A stretch of 64,000 bases of DNA. Source: an uncultured Collinsella sp. (GTDB lineage Bacteria; Actinomycetota; Coriobacteriia; Coriobacteriales; Coriobacteriaceae). The stretch covers positions 3,736 to 67,735 of the forward strand of contig URSP01000001.1 of NCBI GenBank assembly GCA_900550515.1, given 5' to 3'. A program made the translations under genes and the position numbers. Every line of letters begins with the position of its first letter. Position 1 is the first letter of the stretch. The notes under the pieces are model-generated. The model was not told the DNA's origin. It searched no databases and worked only from the letters and a program-made list of their open reading frames with translations. Shown piece by piece: positions 1 through 9,879 of the stretch.

Positions 1-2205
1 ATGGCCGTGCCGGGCTATAAGTTCCTGGGCTGGATTTCGACCGCCGAGGTCAAGAAGGATTCTGCCGTCTGGAACTATATCTATGATGTTGCCGACGACT
101 CCTATGTGACGAGCGATCCGGAAAAGGCGGCGCCATACTTGGCGACGGATGACTCCAAGGTCACCCAGTGTCAGGATGCCTATCCCGTCTACGCAAAGTT
201 CGACGTCAACTACACCACCAACCTGCACCGCGCCGGTTTTAATGGCACTTCCGAGGTGAATGTTCCTAGGTATGACATCACCCCTAATCTCAATGCGGAC
301 ACCGATCCCGCCACGGCAACGGTGACTCCTGATATCGAAACGACGGTATACAAGTCAGGCGGCGAGCGATACAAGCTGAATAAGGTCGAAATCGAACTCC
401 CGAACGGTGAGGTTAAGGAGCTCGAATCTGACGGCAATGACTCGTATACCTATCCGGTGGAGCCGGGCAAGCCTTACATGTTTGTGGCCTACTACACGCC
501 CATTGCGGTGGTGTATCACCTGAACGACACCGATATCGATGGCAAGCTCGCGCAGGAGGGCAATACGCTCGGCAGCCTTAAGGATGGCATGCCGCTGCCG
601 ACGTATAACGTTGGCGACATCGATGCTGCAACGAACGCATACAATGCCTTCGTAGGCTGGACGGAAACTAAACCGGCATCCGGCAACGGTTATGTCGTTT
701 GGTCGGACGGCCTCCCCATGGTGAATACAAACACTGTGGTTAACGCCCCCATGGAGCTGTACCCGGTCTACCGTGCCAGCGCGGTAATTGTCCAATCGAG
801 TATCGATGCCAATCTGGATAACCCCGATTCTGTGCGTTCTCTTTCGCGCACCGACTCTGGCGATCAAATTTCGCTGGAAGTAAGAGCTACAGCTGAGGTT
901 GTCGGCAAGGATGGCACCAAGTACGACTTTGTCGGCTGGTCGCGTGACTACGAACCCGATGGCAAATACACTCTGTTGACCGATGACGAGAAGTATCCCC
1001 TCGAGGGCAGCGAGCCCTTTGAGAGCGTGACCTACACCGCGGTGTATAAGATCGCGCCGTATAAGGTGCGCTATCACGGTGTCGACGGGTCGGTCGTCTT
1101 TACGGCGACGGTCGACTCGGACGGCGAGCGAGCGACGGGCGCCGGCTTTGTCCATAACGTCGATGTTCCCAAGGTGGATGAGAGCGGCAACCCGGTCTAT
1201 GACAAAAACGGCAATCCCGAGATGGAGAAAAAGTCCGTGGCATACGACCCGGACGCCCACTCCAAGATCGTCGCGCTGCTCGATGAACAGACGGCTACTA
1301 GCGGTGGCGTGCGCGAACTCTTCCTGGAGTGGCGATATGTGCCTGCCGTTGGCGCTCCGAAGTCTTGGGATGAGTTTAAGGGCGAGCCGGTCAAGGGAGA
1401 CATGGACCTGTATCCCGTGACGTATCGAGTGGCCGCCAACGATACGTCCGATACCGAGAGACCCGTAGCCATGACCGCGCAGCTTAAGTGGCTGCTCGAT
1501 CCCACCGCTGGCAACACAGTCGACAACAACGCCGATGAGGCGCCGTTTAAGGCCTGCTTCGCCGAGCCGTTTATGGGGACGCAGCTGACTGTTACCGTTA
1601 AGCGGGCGAGCTACGGTCCTGGTGCGTCCATGTCGGAGGAACCCGTTAACGACCAGTATGTCTCGCTCTACAGCTTGGGCTCGGGTAACGGTTCGTTCGA
1701 CTTGACCAACCGCCTGGAGTCCAAGAAGACGGGCGAAGGGGGGCAGGCTCCTGGCAATGCCGTGTTCGACTTCGCCAAGACCCATGCGCTGACGATCGTC
1801 AAAAAGACCACCGATGCCAGCGCCATGGGACAGACGTTCCGCTTTAAGGTGACGAAGACGGCGGAGGGAGCCTCTCCCGAGACGCGCGTGGCCGAGGTGA
1901 AGGTCGATAAGCGGCAGCAGGAAAACGGTGAGACCTGGTATGTCGGCAGCGTGCAGCTCGCCGCTCCGGCGGGCATCTATACCGTCGAGGAAGACACGGC
2001 TTGGGCATGGCGCTACGAGGGCGAGCTGAGTACGCCGGGCAAGGCGCCCGGCAAATCTGCCAAGCTGACGATTTCGTCTGCATCGAGCGCGAACGATGCC
2101 ACGTTCACCTGCACGAACACGCGTGTGAACGACAAATGGATCGACGGCAGCGATCGTGCCCATAACGTTTGGAGCAACGGCAACGTAGCAAAGAAGGGGG
2201 ATTAG
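1..2205 (+). CDS. Large surface/fibre-associated protein with InlB B-repeat-like units; probably N-terminally truncated by the window edge
   Basis: 734-aa ORF with recurring F.GW motifs (GYKFLGW, AFVGW, YDFVGW) and a C-terminal Ig-like domain (YTVEE..WAWRY...FTCTN). No signal peptide, so the true start is likely upstream. Confidence 0.7.
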   Translation: MAVPGYKFLGWISTAEVKKDSAVWNYIYDVADDSYVTSDPEKAAPYLATDDSKVTQCQDAYPVYAKFDVNYTTNLHRAGFNGTSEVNVPRYDITPNLNADTDPATATVTPDIETTVYKSGGERYKLNKVEIELPNGEVKELESDGNDSYTYPVEPGKPYMFVAYYTPIAVVYHLNDTDIDGKLAQEGNTLGSLKDGMPLPTYNVGDIDAATNAYNAFVGWTETKPASGNGYVVWSDGLPMVNTNTVVNAPMELYPVYRASAVIVQSSIDANLDNPDSVRSLSRTDSGDQISLEVRATAEVVGKDGTKYDFVGWSRDYEPDGKYTLLTDDEKYPLEGSEPFESVTYTAVYKIAPYKVRYHGVDGSVVFTATVDSDGERATGAGFVHNVDVPKVDESGNPVYDKNGNPEMEKKSVAYDPDAHSKIVALLDEQTATSGGVRELFLEWRYVPAVGAPKSWDEFKGEPVKGDMDLYPVTYRVAANDTSDTERPVAMTAQLKWLLDPTAGNTVDNNADEAPFKACFAEPFMGTQLTVTVKRASYGPGASMSEEPVNDQYVSLYSLGSGNGSFDLTNRLESKKTGEGGQAPGNAVFDFAKTHALTIVKKTTDASAMGQTFRFKVTKTAEGASPETRVAEVKVDKRQQENGETWYVGSVQLAAPAGIYTVEEDTAWAWRYEGELSTPGKAPGKSAKLTISSASSANDATFTCTNTRVNDKWIDGSDRAHNVWSNGNVAKKGD

Positions 2206-2206
2206 C

Positions 2207-2779
2207 ATGTCCAAGCGCAAGCGCATCATCGCCTTGCTGGTGGGGGTTATCCTCTTGGCCGGTACGGCAGGCACGCTGGCCTGGCTTTCGGTTACGGGCG
2301 TGCTGGTCAACCAGTTCGGCATCGGATCGGTGACGCCATCGGTTCAGGAAACGCTCAACGGCAAAGTGAAAAGCGATGTCAAGGCGAAGAACACGGGTAC
2401 TGCGCCCGCCTATATTCGTGCTGCAGTGGATATCTACTGGCAAGATGCGACGAGCGGCGCTCGCCTGTGGGATGAGCCGCAAGCTGACTCGGACTACGAG
2501 ATTGCGTGGAGCGTGGCTGATGCCTCGGGCGCGAACTCGGCTTCTAGCTGGGTTAAGTCGAGCGACGGGTTCTATTACTGGACGTCGCCCGTTGCTCCCG
2601 GCGGTGAAACCGGCATGCTCATTAATAGAGTAACCGAGCTCAAGGCAACCGAAGGTCGCGATCTTGTCGTGGATATCTCCACTCAGGCGGTCCAGGCGAC
2701 GCCCGATGAGGCCGTGCACGATGCATGGGGTTGCTCGGTCAAGAATGGCGTGCTGGTGCCGCCGCATGGAGGTGCGTAA
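2207..2779 (+). CDS. SipW-dependent signal-peptide protein (BsaA/TasA-like fibre subunit)
   Basis: N-terminus MSKRKR-hydrophobic-GTLAWL......N.F matches the SipW-cognate signal; also V..NTG..AYIRA and DGFYYW..PVAPG motifs. Confidence 0.8.
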   Translation: MSKRKRIIALLVGVILLAGTAGTLAWLSVTGVLVNQFGIGSVTPSVQETLNGKVKSDVKAKNTGTAPAYIRAAVDIYWQDATSGARLWDEPQADSDYEIAWSVADASGANSASSWVKSSDGFYYWTSPVAPGGETGMLINRVTELKATEGRDLVVDISTQAVQATPDEAVHDAWGCSVKNGVLVPPHGGA

Positions 2780-2781
2780 GT

Positions 2782-3480
2782 ATGGCGTTCCCAATTCGCA
2801 AAGGTGTTGCGCGCTCCTTGCGTTGCATGGTCGCGGCCATTTTCTGCGTGGTCACGCTCGCTGTTCCCGCCCGTGCGTTTGCCGATACTCCCGCGATTGC
2901 CTATGACGGAAATGCGCGCCAGCTGACGGTCTCGGGGGCGACGGGCTCCTCGGGGGAGCCCGATCTGTTTCCCGCCTTTAAAGGTCTAATGCCCGGCGAT
3001 GTGCGCGAGCAGCAGATTGAGATTCGTGCCACGGGTGTAAAGTCCCAGGTACGCGTGTTTGTGCGGGCCGTTGTCGATCACGAGACGGCACGCCAGCTGT
3101 CGCCCATTACCTTAACGGCGTCGGCGGGCGATGCGTCTGCCGGTTGGCTCCAGACGGGAACGCCGGGCAGCGTGTTCGCCTATCCCACGCAGGTCGCAAC
3201 GTTTACGAGCGATGGCAGCACGGTGCTCAATTTGCAACTAAGTGTCCCGACGTCGGTGGGCAACGAGCTTGCCGACGCAAGCAAGACCATCCGCTGGGAA
3301 ATCACCGCCGAGGACGATGGCGAGAAGATTCCCGTACAACCTGTTGGCAGTAAGAGCCCCGGTCTGTTTGGCCTGGCGGCAACCGGCGACAGCACGCTCG
3401 CATTGCTCTTGGTGTTGCTGACGCTTGCAATCATTGCTTTCATGGCCGCGCTGCTTTTATCCCGGAGGGATAAGCGCTAG
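2782..3480 (+). CDS. Sortase-anchored surface protein with TasA-like domain
   Basis: Signal peptide ending AFA; DLF..FKGLMPGD motif; C-terminal LAATG + hydrophobic helix + RRDKR tail. ATG 2 nt after the previous stop. Confidence 0.75.
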   Translation: MAFPIRKGVARSLRCMVAAIFCVVTLAVPARAFADTPAIAYDGNARQLTVSGATGSSGEPDLFPAFKGLMPGDVREQQIEIRATGVKSQVRVFVRAVVDHETARQLSPITLTASAGDASAGWLQTGTPGSVFAYPTQVATFTSDGSTVLNLQLSVPTSVGNELADASKTIRWEITAEDDGEKIPVQPVGSKSPGLFGLAATGDSTLALLLVLLTLAIIAFMAALLLSRRDKR

Positions 3481-3499
3481 GTCCATCTTCTAAATGCTT

Positions 3500-3626
3500 C
3501 GCCCTCCCGGGCGGCGGGCACGAAGTTCCCTGCTCTACAGTCCTGTGCAAGACGAAGGCCACATTAAGTGGCCTTCTTTGCGTGCGGAACTCGCGATGAA
3601 TTTCGTGCCCGCCGCCCGGGAGGGCG
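3500..3626 (+). repeat. Structured element family A, copy 1
   Basis: 25-bp perfect outer inverted repeat (3500-3524/3602-3626); inner hairpin GAAGGCCAC-ATTAA-GTGGCCTTC at 3554-3576. Confidence 0.85.
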
Positions 3627-3784
3627 CCCCTTTATTGATGGAAGGCCTAATAAGCGGATATTCCATACCCGGATGTATTCAGAGCGGGATGGGCTTTCCG
3701 AATACAAAGAAGGCCACTTAATGTGGCCTTCAACTTACATATATTGCGGATGCTCTCATGACAAGCCGCGCTTCAACACCGAGG

Positions 3785-3915
3785 CGTCTGCCCGGCGACG
3801 CGGAACGTAAGGTTCATCGCGAGTTCCGCACGAGCCGGAGAGCACTTAATGTGCTCTCCGTGCGAGCAGGACTGTCCGAGCAGGGAACCTTACGTTCCGC
3901 GTCGCCGGGCAGACG
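3785..3915 (-). repeat. Structured element family A, copy 2 (inverted)
   Basis: 31-bp perfect outer inverted repeat (3785-3815/3885-3915). The reverse complement shares GTTCCCTGCTC, ACAGTCCTG, CACATTAAGTG and CGTGCGGAACTCGCGATGAA with copy 1. Confidence 0.85.
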
Positions 3916-3934
3916 AACCAGTTAAGACGTGTCG

Positions 3935-6250
3935 CTACTTGATCTTGGTTGTTCCCGGCGCCAGGTTGGGGTCGGTTTCGTTGGCCTCGGTCTGGAAGTG
4001 CTCGGTGTACACGTTCTTGCTGTCGCGGAACATCTCGTAGTACTGCATCTTGGCGTAATCCTCGCGCGCCTTGGTTGCGGCAGCGGCAGCGGCGTCGTCA
4101 CCGGTGACGTTGGAGGAGAGCGCCCAGCGCAGGCTGGCGTCCTCGTAGCCCACGGAGTTGATAGCGGGCAGCGACTCGCGCAGCGTCATGTGCGCCTTCT
4201 GGTAGTCGGTCAGCGGTGCGCCGATCAGCTGCATAAGCTGGGTGGACAGGTAGTTGGTGGACAGGTCGTCGGTCTCACTCGTCTGGTCGCAACCGGCAAC
4301 GTCGTAGTTAGCCCAGATGATGTAGTCGGTCTGCCACAGGCGTTCCTGGTGCGTGGCGTCGTCCTCGCCGGTAAACCACTTGTCGTTGAACTTGGACGGG
4401 AAGAACGGTTGATGGTCGCCCCAGAACACCACGACCACCTTGCGGTCGAGCTTGCTCAGGGCGTTGAGGAAGTAGCGCAGCGCCTGGTCGGACTGCTCGA
4501 TGCACGAGACGTACTCGTCGACATCGGACAGCGTGCCATCCTCGACGGTCTTGGCGTCCAGGTCGGTCGTGTCGATGTTCAGGTGCATCTGCTTGTCGAC
4601 CGGCAGCAGGCCCGTGTCGTAGCCCGAGTGGTTCTGCATGGTCACGTCGAAGATGAACTGCGGGTCGGCGTTCTGGTCGAGCAACTCAAGAATCTTGTCG
4701 TAGGTTGCCTGGTCGGTCACCATGCCGCGCAGGGTATCGGCGCCCTGGAAGTCGTTGATGGACAGGAACTGGTCAAAGCCAAAGTCCTTGTAGACGTTCT
4801 CGCGGTTCCAGTTGGTCGCGTGGTTGGGGTGCATGGCCGTGGTGGAATAGCCGAGCGACTTGAACTGCTCTGCCAGGTTCCCGGTCGTTTCCATGTTATA
4901 GATGGTGTACGGATACACGCCCGAGCCCAGGTTGGCCATGGAGTTGCCGGTCATAAACTCAAACTCGGTATTGGCCGTGCCGCCGCCGTAGGCGCTCACG
5001 TAGAGCTTTCCGCGGCTGAGGCAGTTGGACAGGTTCTTAAAGTACTGCGGACCTTCGTAGCCGGCGCGCATGTTCTGGTAGATCGACAGATCCGAGAACG
5101 TCTCGTTCATGATGGCGATGACCGTGGGCTTCTCGCTGTCGAACTGCTCCTTTGCGGCGGCGCGCTCGTCGCTCTTGGCCGCGTCGGACTTGTCGTAGGC
5201 CTTGGCGTACTTTTTGAGCGTGGCCTTGGCATCGTCGACGGAGTAGTCGGCGGGTTTGGGCGGCTTGATGGACTGTGCCGCACTAATAAAGGCAGGCAGG
5301 TAGCCCTCGCGCCAGTAGCTCTCGAGCGGGCGCCAGGTGTAGACAGTGATGCCGAGGGTGTTGTAGTAGTCGATGAGCGTGACATGCGCGGTCACGCCGC
5401 CCAGGCACAGCACGGCGACGAGCAGGTTGGTGAGCAGCATGCGCTTGGCGTTGGCGGCGCCCTTCTGACGGTGCGGTGCCACCAGGCCGGCGTACTCGCA
5501 TAGCAGCATGGCGATGGCGGTAAAGCCCATGGACAGCACGCAGAACAGCGAGATGGAGAAGGTGTAGCCGGTGCCGGCGACCGCGGCGGCGGTGGAGATG
5601 GCCGAAAGGTCGCCCGGCTGGATGGGCATGGATTTAAACGTGATGACGAAGAACTCGGCAATGCCCAGGACAAAGAGGGCAAAGGCCAAGACCGCGGGGG
5701 CTGCGCCGTGGCGCTGGAACAGGAAGAACAGGCCGACCATGAGCGTGGTGATGATGGCCCATTCGAGCAGGATGCACAGGGGGTAGACCCAGGTAAAGTC
5801 GTGGTTGGACGAGACCTCCATGCCCAGCAGCGCAAAGACGCCGGCGAGCAGCAGGCACAGGACGGCGGCGACGAGCGGTTTGCCCACAAAGGCGCCGCGC
5901 AGGCGGGCGAGCTTGCCGGTGGGGGCGGGGGCGTTGGGCCCGGCGAACGCAAAGACGCGCGGGGCGATGCGGTCGCGGGCGATGCTGGCCCAAGCGCAGC
6001 CGGTGAGGATGGCGTTGGTCAGGATGAGCATCACAAAGGCGAGCGGCTCGCTTTGCGCGACAAGGCCAATAGCGCCCCAGACGGTCAAAAAGAGCTGGAA
6101 CAGGCCGAAGGCGACGCTCCAGGCGAAGGCGCCCTTGGCAACGGTGCCCGACTGAGCGCGAATGGCCTTGGCTTCGCGCAAAACAAGGTAGACGGTCGCC
6201 GCAAGACCGACGAGCGAGATGGCGGCAGCGAACATGCTGAGACTCCTCAC
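3935..6250 (-). CDS. LTA synthase family / sulfatase-domain membrane protein
   Basis: Multiple N-terminal TM helices; IMNETF, GGGTANTEFE, TMQNH and FWGDHQP motifs. Confidence 0.85.
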   Translation of the reverse strand: MRSLSMFAAAISLVGLAATVYLVLREAKAIRAQSGTVAKGAFAWSVAFGLFQLFLTVWGAIGLVAQSEPLAFVMLILTNAILTGCAWASIARDRIAPRVFAFAGPNAPAPTGKLARLRGAFVGKPLVAAVLCLLLAGVFALLGMEVSSNHDFTWVYPLCILLEWAIITTLMVGLFFLFQRHGAAPAVLAFALFVLGIAEFFVITFKSMPIQPGDLSAISTAAAVAGTGYTFSISLFCVLSMGFTAIAMLLCEYAGLVAPHRQKGAANAKRMLLTNLLVAVLCLGGVTAHVTLIDYYNTLGITVYTWRPLESYWREGYLPAFISAAQSIKPPKPADYSVDDAKATLKKYAKAYDKSDAAKSDERAAAKEQFDSEKPTVIAIMNETFSDLSIYQNMRAGYEGPQYFKNLSNCLSRGKLYVSAYGGGTANTEFEFMTGNSMANLGSGVYPYTIYNMETTGNLAEQFKSLGYSTTAMHPNHATNWNRENVYKDFGFDQFLSINDFQGADTLRGMVTDQATYDKILELLDQNADPQFIFDVTMQNHSGYDTGLLPVDKQMHLNIDTTDLDAKTVEDGTLSDVDEYVSCIEQSDQALRYFLNALSKLDRKVVVVFWGDHQPFFPSKFNDKWFTGEDDATHQERLWQTDYIIWANYDVAGCDQTSETDDLSTNYLSTQLMQLIGAPLTDYQKAHMTLRESLPAINSVGYEDASLRWALSSNVTGDDAAAAAATKAREDYAKMQYYEMFRDSKNVYTEHFQTEANETDPNLAPGTTKIK

Positions 6251-6449
6251 AAACTTAAAACCTACGAAAGCGGGGGTTTACCCGATTGTTACCTAAATAT
6301 GCGCTGCATTTGCGGGCTGCGCACAACAACCAGCCATATTAACGCGCATGTGCGGCGGTGTGGCGCAATGTAGTGGTGACCTGCGCGATAATGGACGGGA
6401 ATTACACGGAAACGTAAAGGCTTCTTAAATAATTGGCGAGGATAGAGCT

Positions 6450-7325
6450 ATGGGCGATCAGGTTTGTATGACGGGTGCCGAGTGCTGCGACGGAGCTGCG
6501 GGCGTGGATGCGAACGGTTATCCGGTCGAGACCACGGGCAATGCGGTGCTGGACACGTTGGAGCACCGTTCCTCCACGCGTGTCTTTGCGCGTGATGACG
6601 ACGACCGCCCCGTGGCGGTGACCGACGAGCAGCGGGCGGCGATTCTGCATGCGGCGAGCCGTGCGCCGTCGGCAGGCGCCATGATGATGTATTCCATCGT
6701 AAGCATTCGCGAGCAGGCTACGCTGGACCGCCTCGCCGACCTGTGCGATCACCAGCCCATGATCGCCAAGGCGCCCTGGGCACTAATATTTGTGGTCGAT
6801 TATGCCAAGTGGATCGATCTGTTTGAGCACGTGGGCTGCTTTGAGCCCGAGTTTGTCGAGCGTACGGGCAAGGCGCCCCGCCGCGCGCCGGGTCTGGGCG
6901 ACTTTGCCATCGCGGCCCAGGACGCCGTGATCGCTGCGCAAAACGCCGTGGTTGCCGCCGAGGCCCTGGGGCTGGGGAGCTGCTACATCGGCGATATCGT
7001 CGAGAATGCCGAGGAAGTTGCCGAGCTGCTGGACTTGCCGCCCTATACCATGCCGCTGTCGATGCTCATCATCGGCACGCCCCGTAAGGAGCGTCCGGCA
7101 ATCGCGCACCCCGTGGTGAACCTGGTGCACGAGGAGCGCTACTGCCGCGCCGATGCCGCGACTATGGATGCGCAGGTGGCCGAGATGGACGCGATGTTCC
7201 GTCCGCATGCCCGCGAGGTGGGGGAGCGCGTCGTGGACATCTATACCCGCAAGCACACGAGTCCCTTTATGGCCGAGATGAGCCGCTCCATGGAGTGGTG
7301 GTTCAAAAACTGGCTCGGAAAATGA
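6450..7325 (+). CDS. Nitroreductase family (NfsA-like)
   Basis: HRSSTR, APSAG..YSIV and AAEALGLGSCYIG motifs. Confidence 0.85.
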   Translation: MGDQVCMTGAECCDGAAGVDANGYPVETTGNAVLDTLEHRSSTRVFARDDDDRPVAVTDEQRAAILHAASRAPSAGAMMMYSIVSIREQATLDRLADLCDHQPMIAKAPWALIFVVDYAKWIDLFEHVGCFEPEFVERTGKAPRRAPGLGDFAIAAQDAVIAAQNAVVAAEALGLGSCYIGDIVENAEEVAELLDLPPYTMPLSMLIIGTPRKERPAIAHPVVNLVHEERYCRADAATMDAQVAEMDAMFRPHAREVGERVVDIYTRKHTSPFMAEMSRSMEWWFKNWLGK

Positions 7326-7328
7326 CGG

Positions 7329-7359
7329 ATGTGACAAAGGGACAGTCCCTTTGTCACAT
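7329..7359. repeat. REP-like palindrome family C
   Basis: ATGTGACAAAGGGAC-A-GTCCCTTTGTCACAT just after the stop codon. Confidence 0.9.
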
Positions 7360-7484
7360 TCCATATCGCCGCGGTGGCCTAAAGGCTGTATAAATGTTTA
7401 TTTAGCTGGGAAAACAGCGCCATTCAAACATAGGCCGATTACCTATAATTCCTTCGAACATTAAAGTTGGGAGGAAACCGGCTT

Positions 7485-9512
7485 ATGGAACAAAAGGCCA
7501 AGGAGGCAGCCTCGCACGCTGCGATTCCTGTGAGCATCTCGGCGATGCTCGTCACGCTGGGCGTGGTGTACGGCGATATCGGCACCAGCCCTATGTATGT
7601 AACCAAGGCGCTCGTTGCCGGCAACGGCGGCATCGGAAGCGTGACGGAGGAGTTCGTGCTTGGCGCGCTCTCCCTTGTCGTGTGGACGGTCACGCTGCTG
7701 ACCACCATCAAGTATGTGCTCATCTCGCTGCGCGCCGATAACCATGGTGAGGGCGGCATCTTTGCCCTGTACAGCCTGGTCAAGCGCTGTGGCAAGTGGC
7801 TTATCATCCCCGCCATGCTGGGTGGCGCCGCGCTGCTCGCCGACGGCATCCTGACGCCGGCCGTTACCGTTACCACGGCCATCGAGGGCCTGCGCACCAT
7901 CCCGGCGGTCCATGCCGTGCTGGGCGATGACCAGGGCCGCGTCGTCGCCATTACGCTCGCCATCATCATCGCGCTCTTTTTGGTGCAACGCATCGGTACG
8001 GCCAAGATCGGTCACGCCTTTGGCCCCATCATGACGCTGTGGTTCCTGTTCCTGGGCGGCACGGGTCTGTTTTTTGTCTTCCAGCACCCCGCCGTGCTGC
8101 TGTGCCTCAACCCGGTGCGCGGCATCGCCTTTTTGCTGAGCCCCAACAACCACGCGGGTATCATGATTCTGGGCAGCTGCTTCCTCGCCACCACCGGTGC
8201 CGAGGCGCTCTACTCCGACATGGGCCACGTCGGCCGCGGCAACATCTACGCCACCTGGCCGTTCGTTAAGTGCTGCCTGCTGCTTTCCTATATGGGCCAG
8301 GGCGCTTGGCTTATGAACAACGCTGCCAACCCCGAGCTCATGGGCATTGCCGACCTCAACCCGTTCTACCAGATGCTCGCCCCGGGCCTGCGCCCGTTTG
8401 CCGTCGGCCTTTCCACCGTCGCGGCCATCATCGCCTCGCAGGCGCTCATCACCGGCGCATTCTCGCTGGTGTCCGAGGCCAGCCGCCTGGACCTTATGCC
8501 GCACATGCAGGTCTTCTACCCTGCCGAGACCAAGGGCCAGCTCTACATCCCCATGGTCAACAACGTCATGCTTGTCGGCTGCGTCATCGTGGTGTTGCTG
8601 TTCCAGAACTCGGCGCATATGGAAGCCGCCTACGGCCTTGCCATTACGCTGACTATGATGTGCACCACGCTGCTGCTCTTCTTCTACCTGCACGAGGAGC
8701 GCAAGCTCAAGGTTGCTCCGTGGATCTTCGCGGCCTTCTTCCTTTTGCTCGAAGGCTTCTTCTTCGTGAGCTCGCTCACCAAGTTCTTCCACGGCGGCTA
8801 CTTCACCATCCTCATGGCTGCACTCATCATGGGCATTATGGTGTGCTGGTACAACGGCACGGCGGTCGAGCAGCGCCAGTTTACGCTGCTGCCGCTGCGC
8901 AGCTACCTGCCGCAGCTCAAGCGCCTGCGCGACGACGACCGTTACGAGCGCATGAGCGACAACGTCGTGTACCTGACCAAGGACACCCATACCGACTACA
9001 TCGACCGCGATATCGTCTATTCGATCTTGGACAAGCATCCCAAGCGCGCCCGCGCCTGGTGGTTTGTGAATGTCGAGACCATGGACGAACCGCACACCTT
9101 TGCCTATTCGGTCGAGACGTTCGGCACCGACTACGTGTTCCGCGTGCATCTGTACCTGGGCTACAAGATCAACCAGCGCGTCAATGCCTACCTGCGTCAG
9201 GTTGTTCAGGACCTGGCTGCCACCGGCGAGCTGCCGCCGCAGACGCATGACTACTCGGTCTACAAGGATCCGGGTAACATCGGCACGTTCAAGTTCGTCC
9301 TGATCCGTAAGCTTCTGGCGCCCGAAAGCGATGTGGAGCCCAGCGAGCGTACGGCCATCACGCTCAAGTACATCATCCGCCGCGCCGCCGGCACGCCTGC
9401 ACGCTGGTACGGCCTGGAGAACTCCAACGTGAGCTTTGAGTACGTGCCGCTGTTCACCAAGTTCAAAGCCGTGAACAAGATGCAGCGCCTGGCCCCCAAC
9501 GAGCGGCCGTAG
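7485..9512 (+). CDS. kup: KUP/HAK/KT potassium transporter
   Basis: LGVVYGDIGTSPMY, GEGGIFALYSL, GAEALYSDMGH and IASQALITG motifs; GGAGG RBS. Confidence 0.95.
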   Translation: MEQKAKEAASHAAIPVSISAMLVTLGVVYGDIGTSPMYVTKALVAGNGGIGSVTEEFVLGALSLVVWTVTLLTTIKYVLISLRADNHGEGGIFALYSLVKRCGKWLIIPAMLGGAALLADGILTPAVTVTTAIEGLRTIPAVHAVLGDDQGRVVAITLAIIIALFLVQRIGTAKIGHAFGPIMTLWFLFLGGTGLFFVFQHPAVLLCLNPVRGIAFLLSPNNHAGIMILGSCFLATTGAEALYSDMGHVGRGNIYATWPFVKCCLLLSYMGQGAWLMNNAANPELMGIADLNPFYQMLAPGLRPFAVGLSTVAAIIASQALITGAFSLVSEASRLDLMPHMQVFYPAETKGQLYIPMVNNVMLVGCVIVVLLFQNSAHMEAAYGLAITLTMMCTTLLLFFYLHEERKLKVAPWIFAAFFLLLEGFFFVSSLTKFFHGGYFTILMAALIMGIMVCWYNGTAVEQRQFTLLPLRSYLPQLKRLRDDDRYERMSDNVVYLTKDTHTDYIDRDIVYSILDKHPKRARAWWFVNVETMDEPHTFAYSVETFGTDYVFRVHLYLGYKINQRVNAYLRQVVQDLAATGELPPQTHDYSVYKDPGNIGTFKFVLIRKLLAPESDVEPSERTAITLKYIIRRAAGTPARWYGLENSNVSFEYVPLFTKFKAVNKMQRLAPNERP

Positions 9513-9542
9513 ACGTCGGCGGCTACACGGAGTTGGTTTTTG

Positions 9543-9767
9543 ATGGATAAGCATGAGGCCGGGGAGGTAAACATGGATACAAAGGCGCTCGATGGCCGTG
9601 AAGCGGTGGTCGAAATGGTGCGTGAGGCGCGTGTCGACGCCGCCGAAGATCGGTTCCTTACGAACCGTGCCAACATGGATATGGCCGACCGCGTGATCTC
9701 GATCGTGGCACTGGTATTTGGAGCGGTGTGCGTGTGTGCCCTGCTCGCGCACGTGCTGTTTGTCTAG
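9543..9767 (+). CDS. Small hypothetical protein with C-terminal TM helix
   Basis: ~74-aa ORF between kup and the kinase with a hydrophobic C-terminus. An alternative ATG at 9573 has a GGAGG RBS. Confidence 0.5.
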   Translation: MDKHEAGEVNMDTKALDGREAVVEMVREARVDAAEDRFLTNRANMDMADRVISIVALVFGAVCVCALLAHVLFV

Positions 9768-9812
9768 CGACCGCCGGTTGCAAAGGCTATACACTTGGAA
9801 CCACCACAAGGG

Positions 9813-9851
9813 AAACCACCACAAAGGTGCCTGTCCCCTTTGTGGTGGTTT
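9813..9851. repeat. REP-like palindrome, variant of family C, possibly also a terminator
   Basis: AAACCACCACAAAGG-TGCCTGTCC-CCTTTGTGGTGGTTT, preceded by a partial direct duplicate of the left arm. Confidence 0.7.
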
Positions 9852-9879
9852 TTGTTTTTGAGAGAGGGGCGGGACGCTG

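Noticed and set aside
3494..3930. Short ORFs in the family A region, also 25030-25558 and 43750-44534
   Set aside because: They run through palindromic repeats and have no convincing RBS or protein-like composition.
7360..7484. c-di-AMP (ydaO) riboswitch upstream of kup
   Set aside because: The leader is short and I could not find the characteristic conserved motifs by eye.
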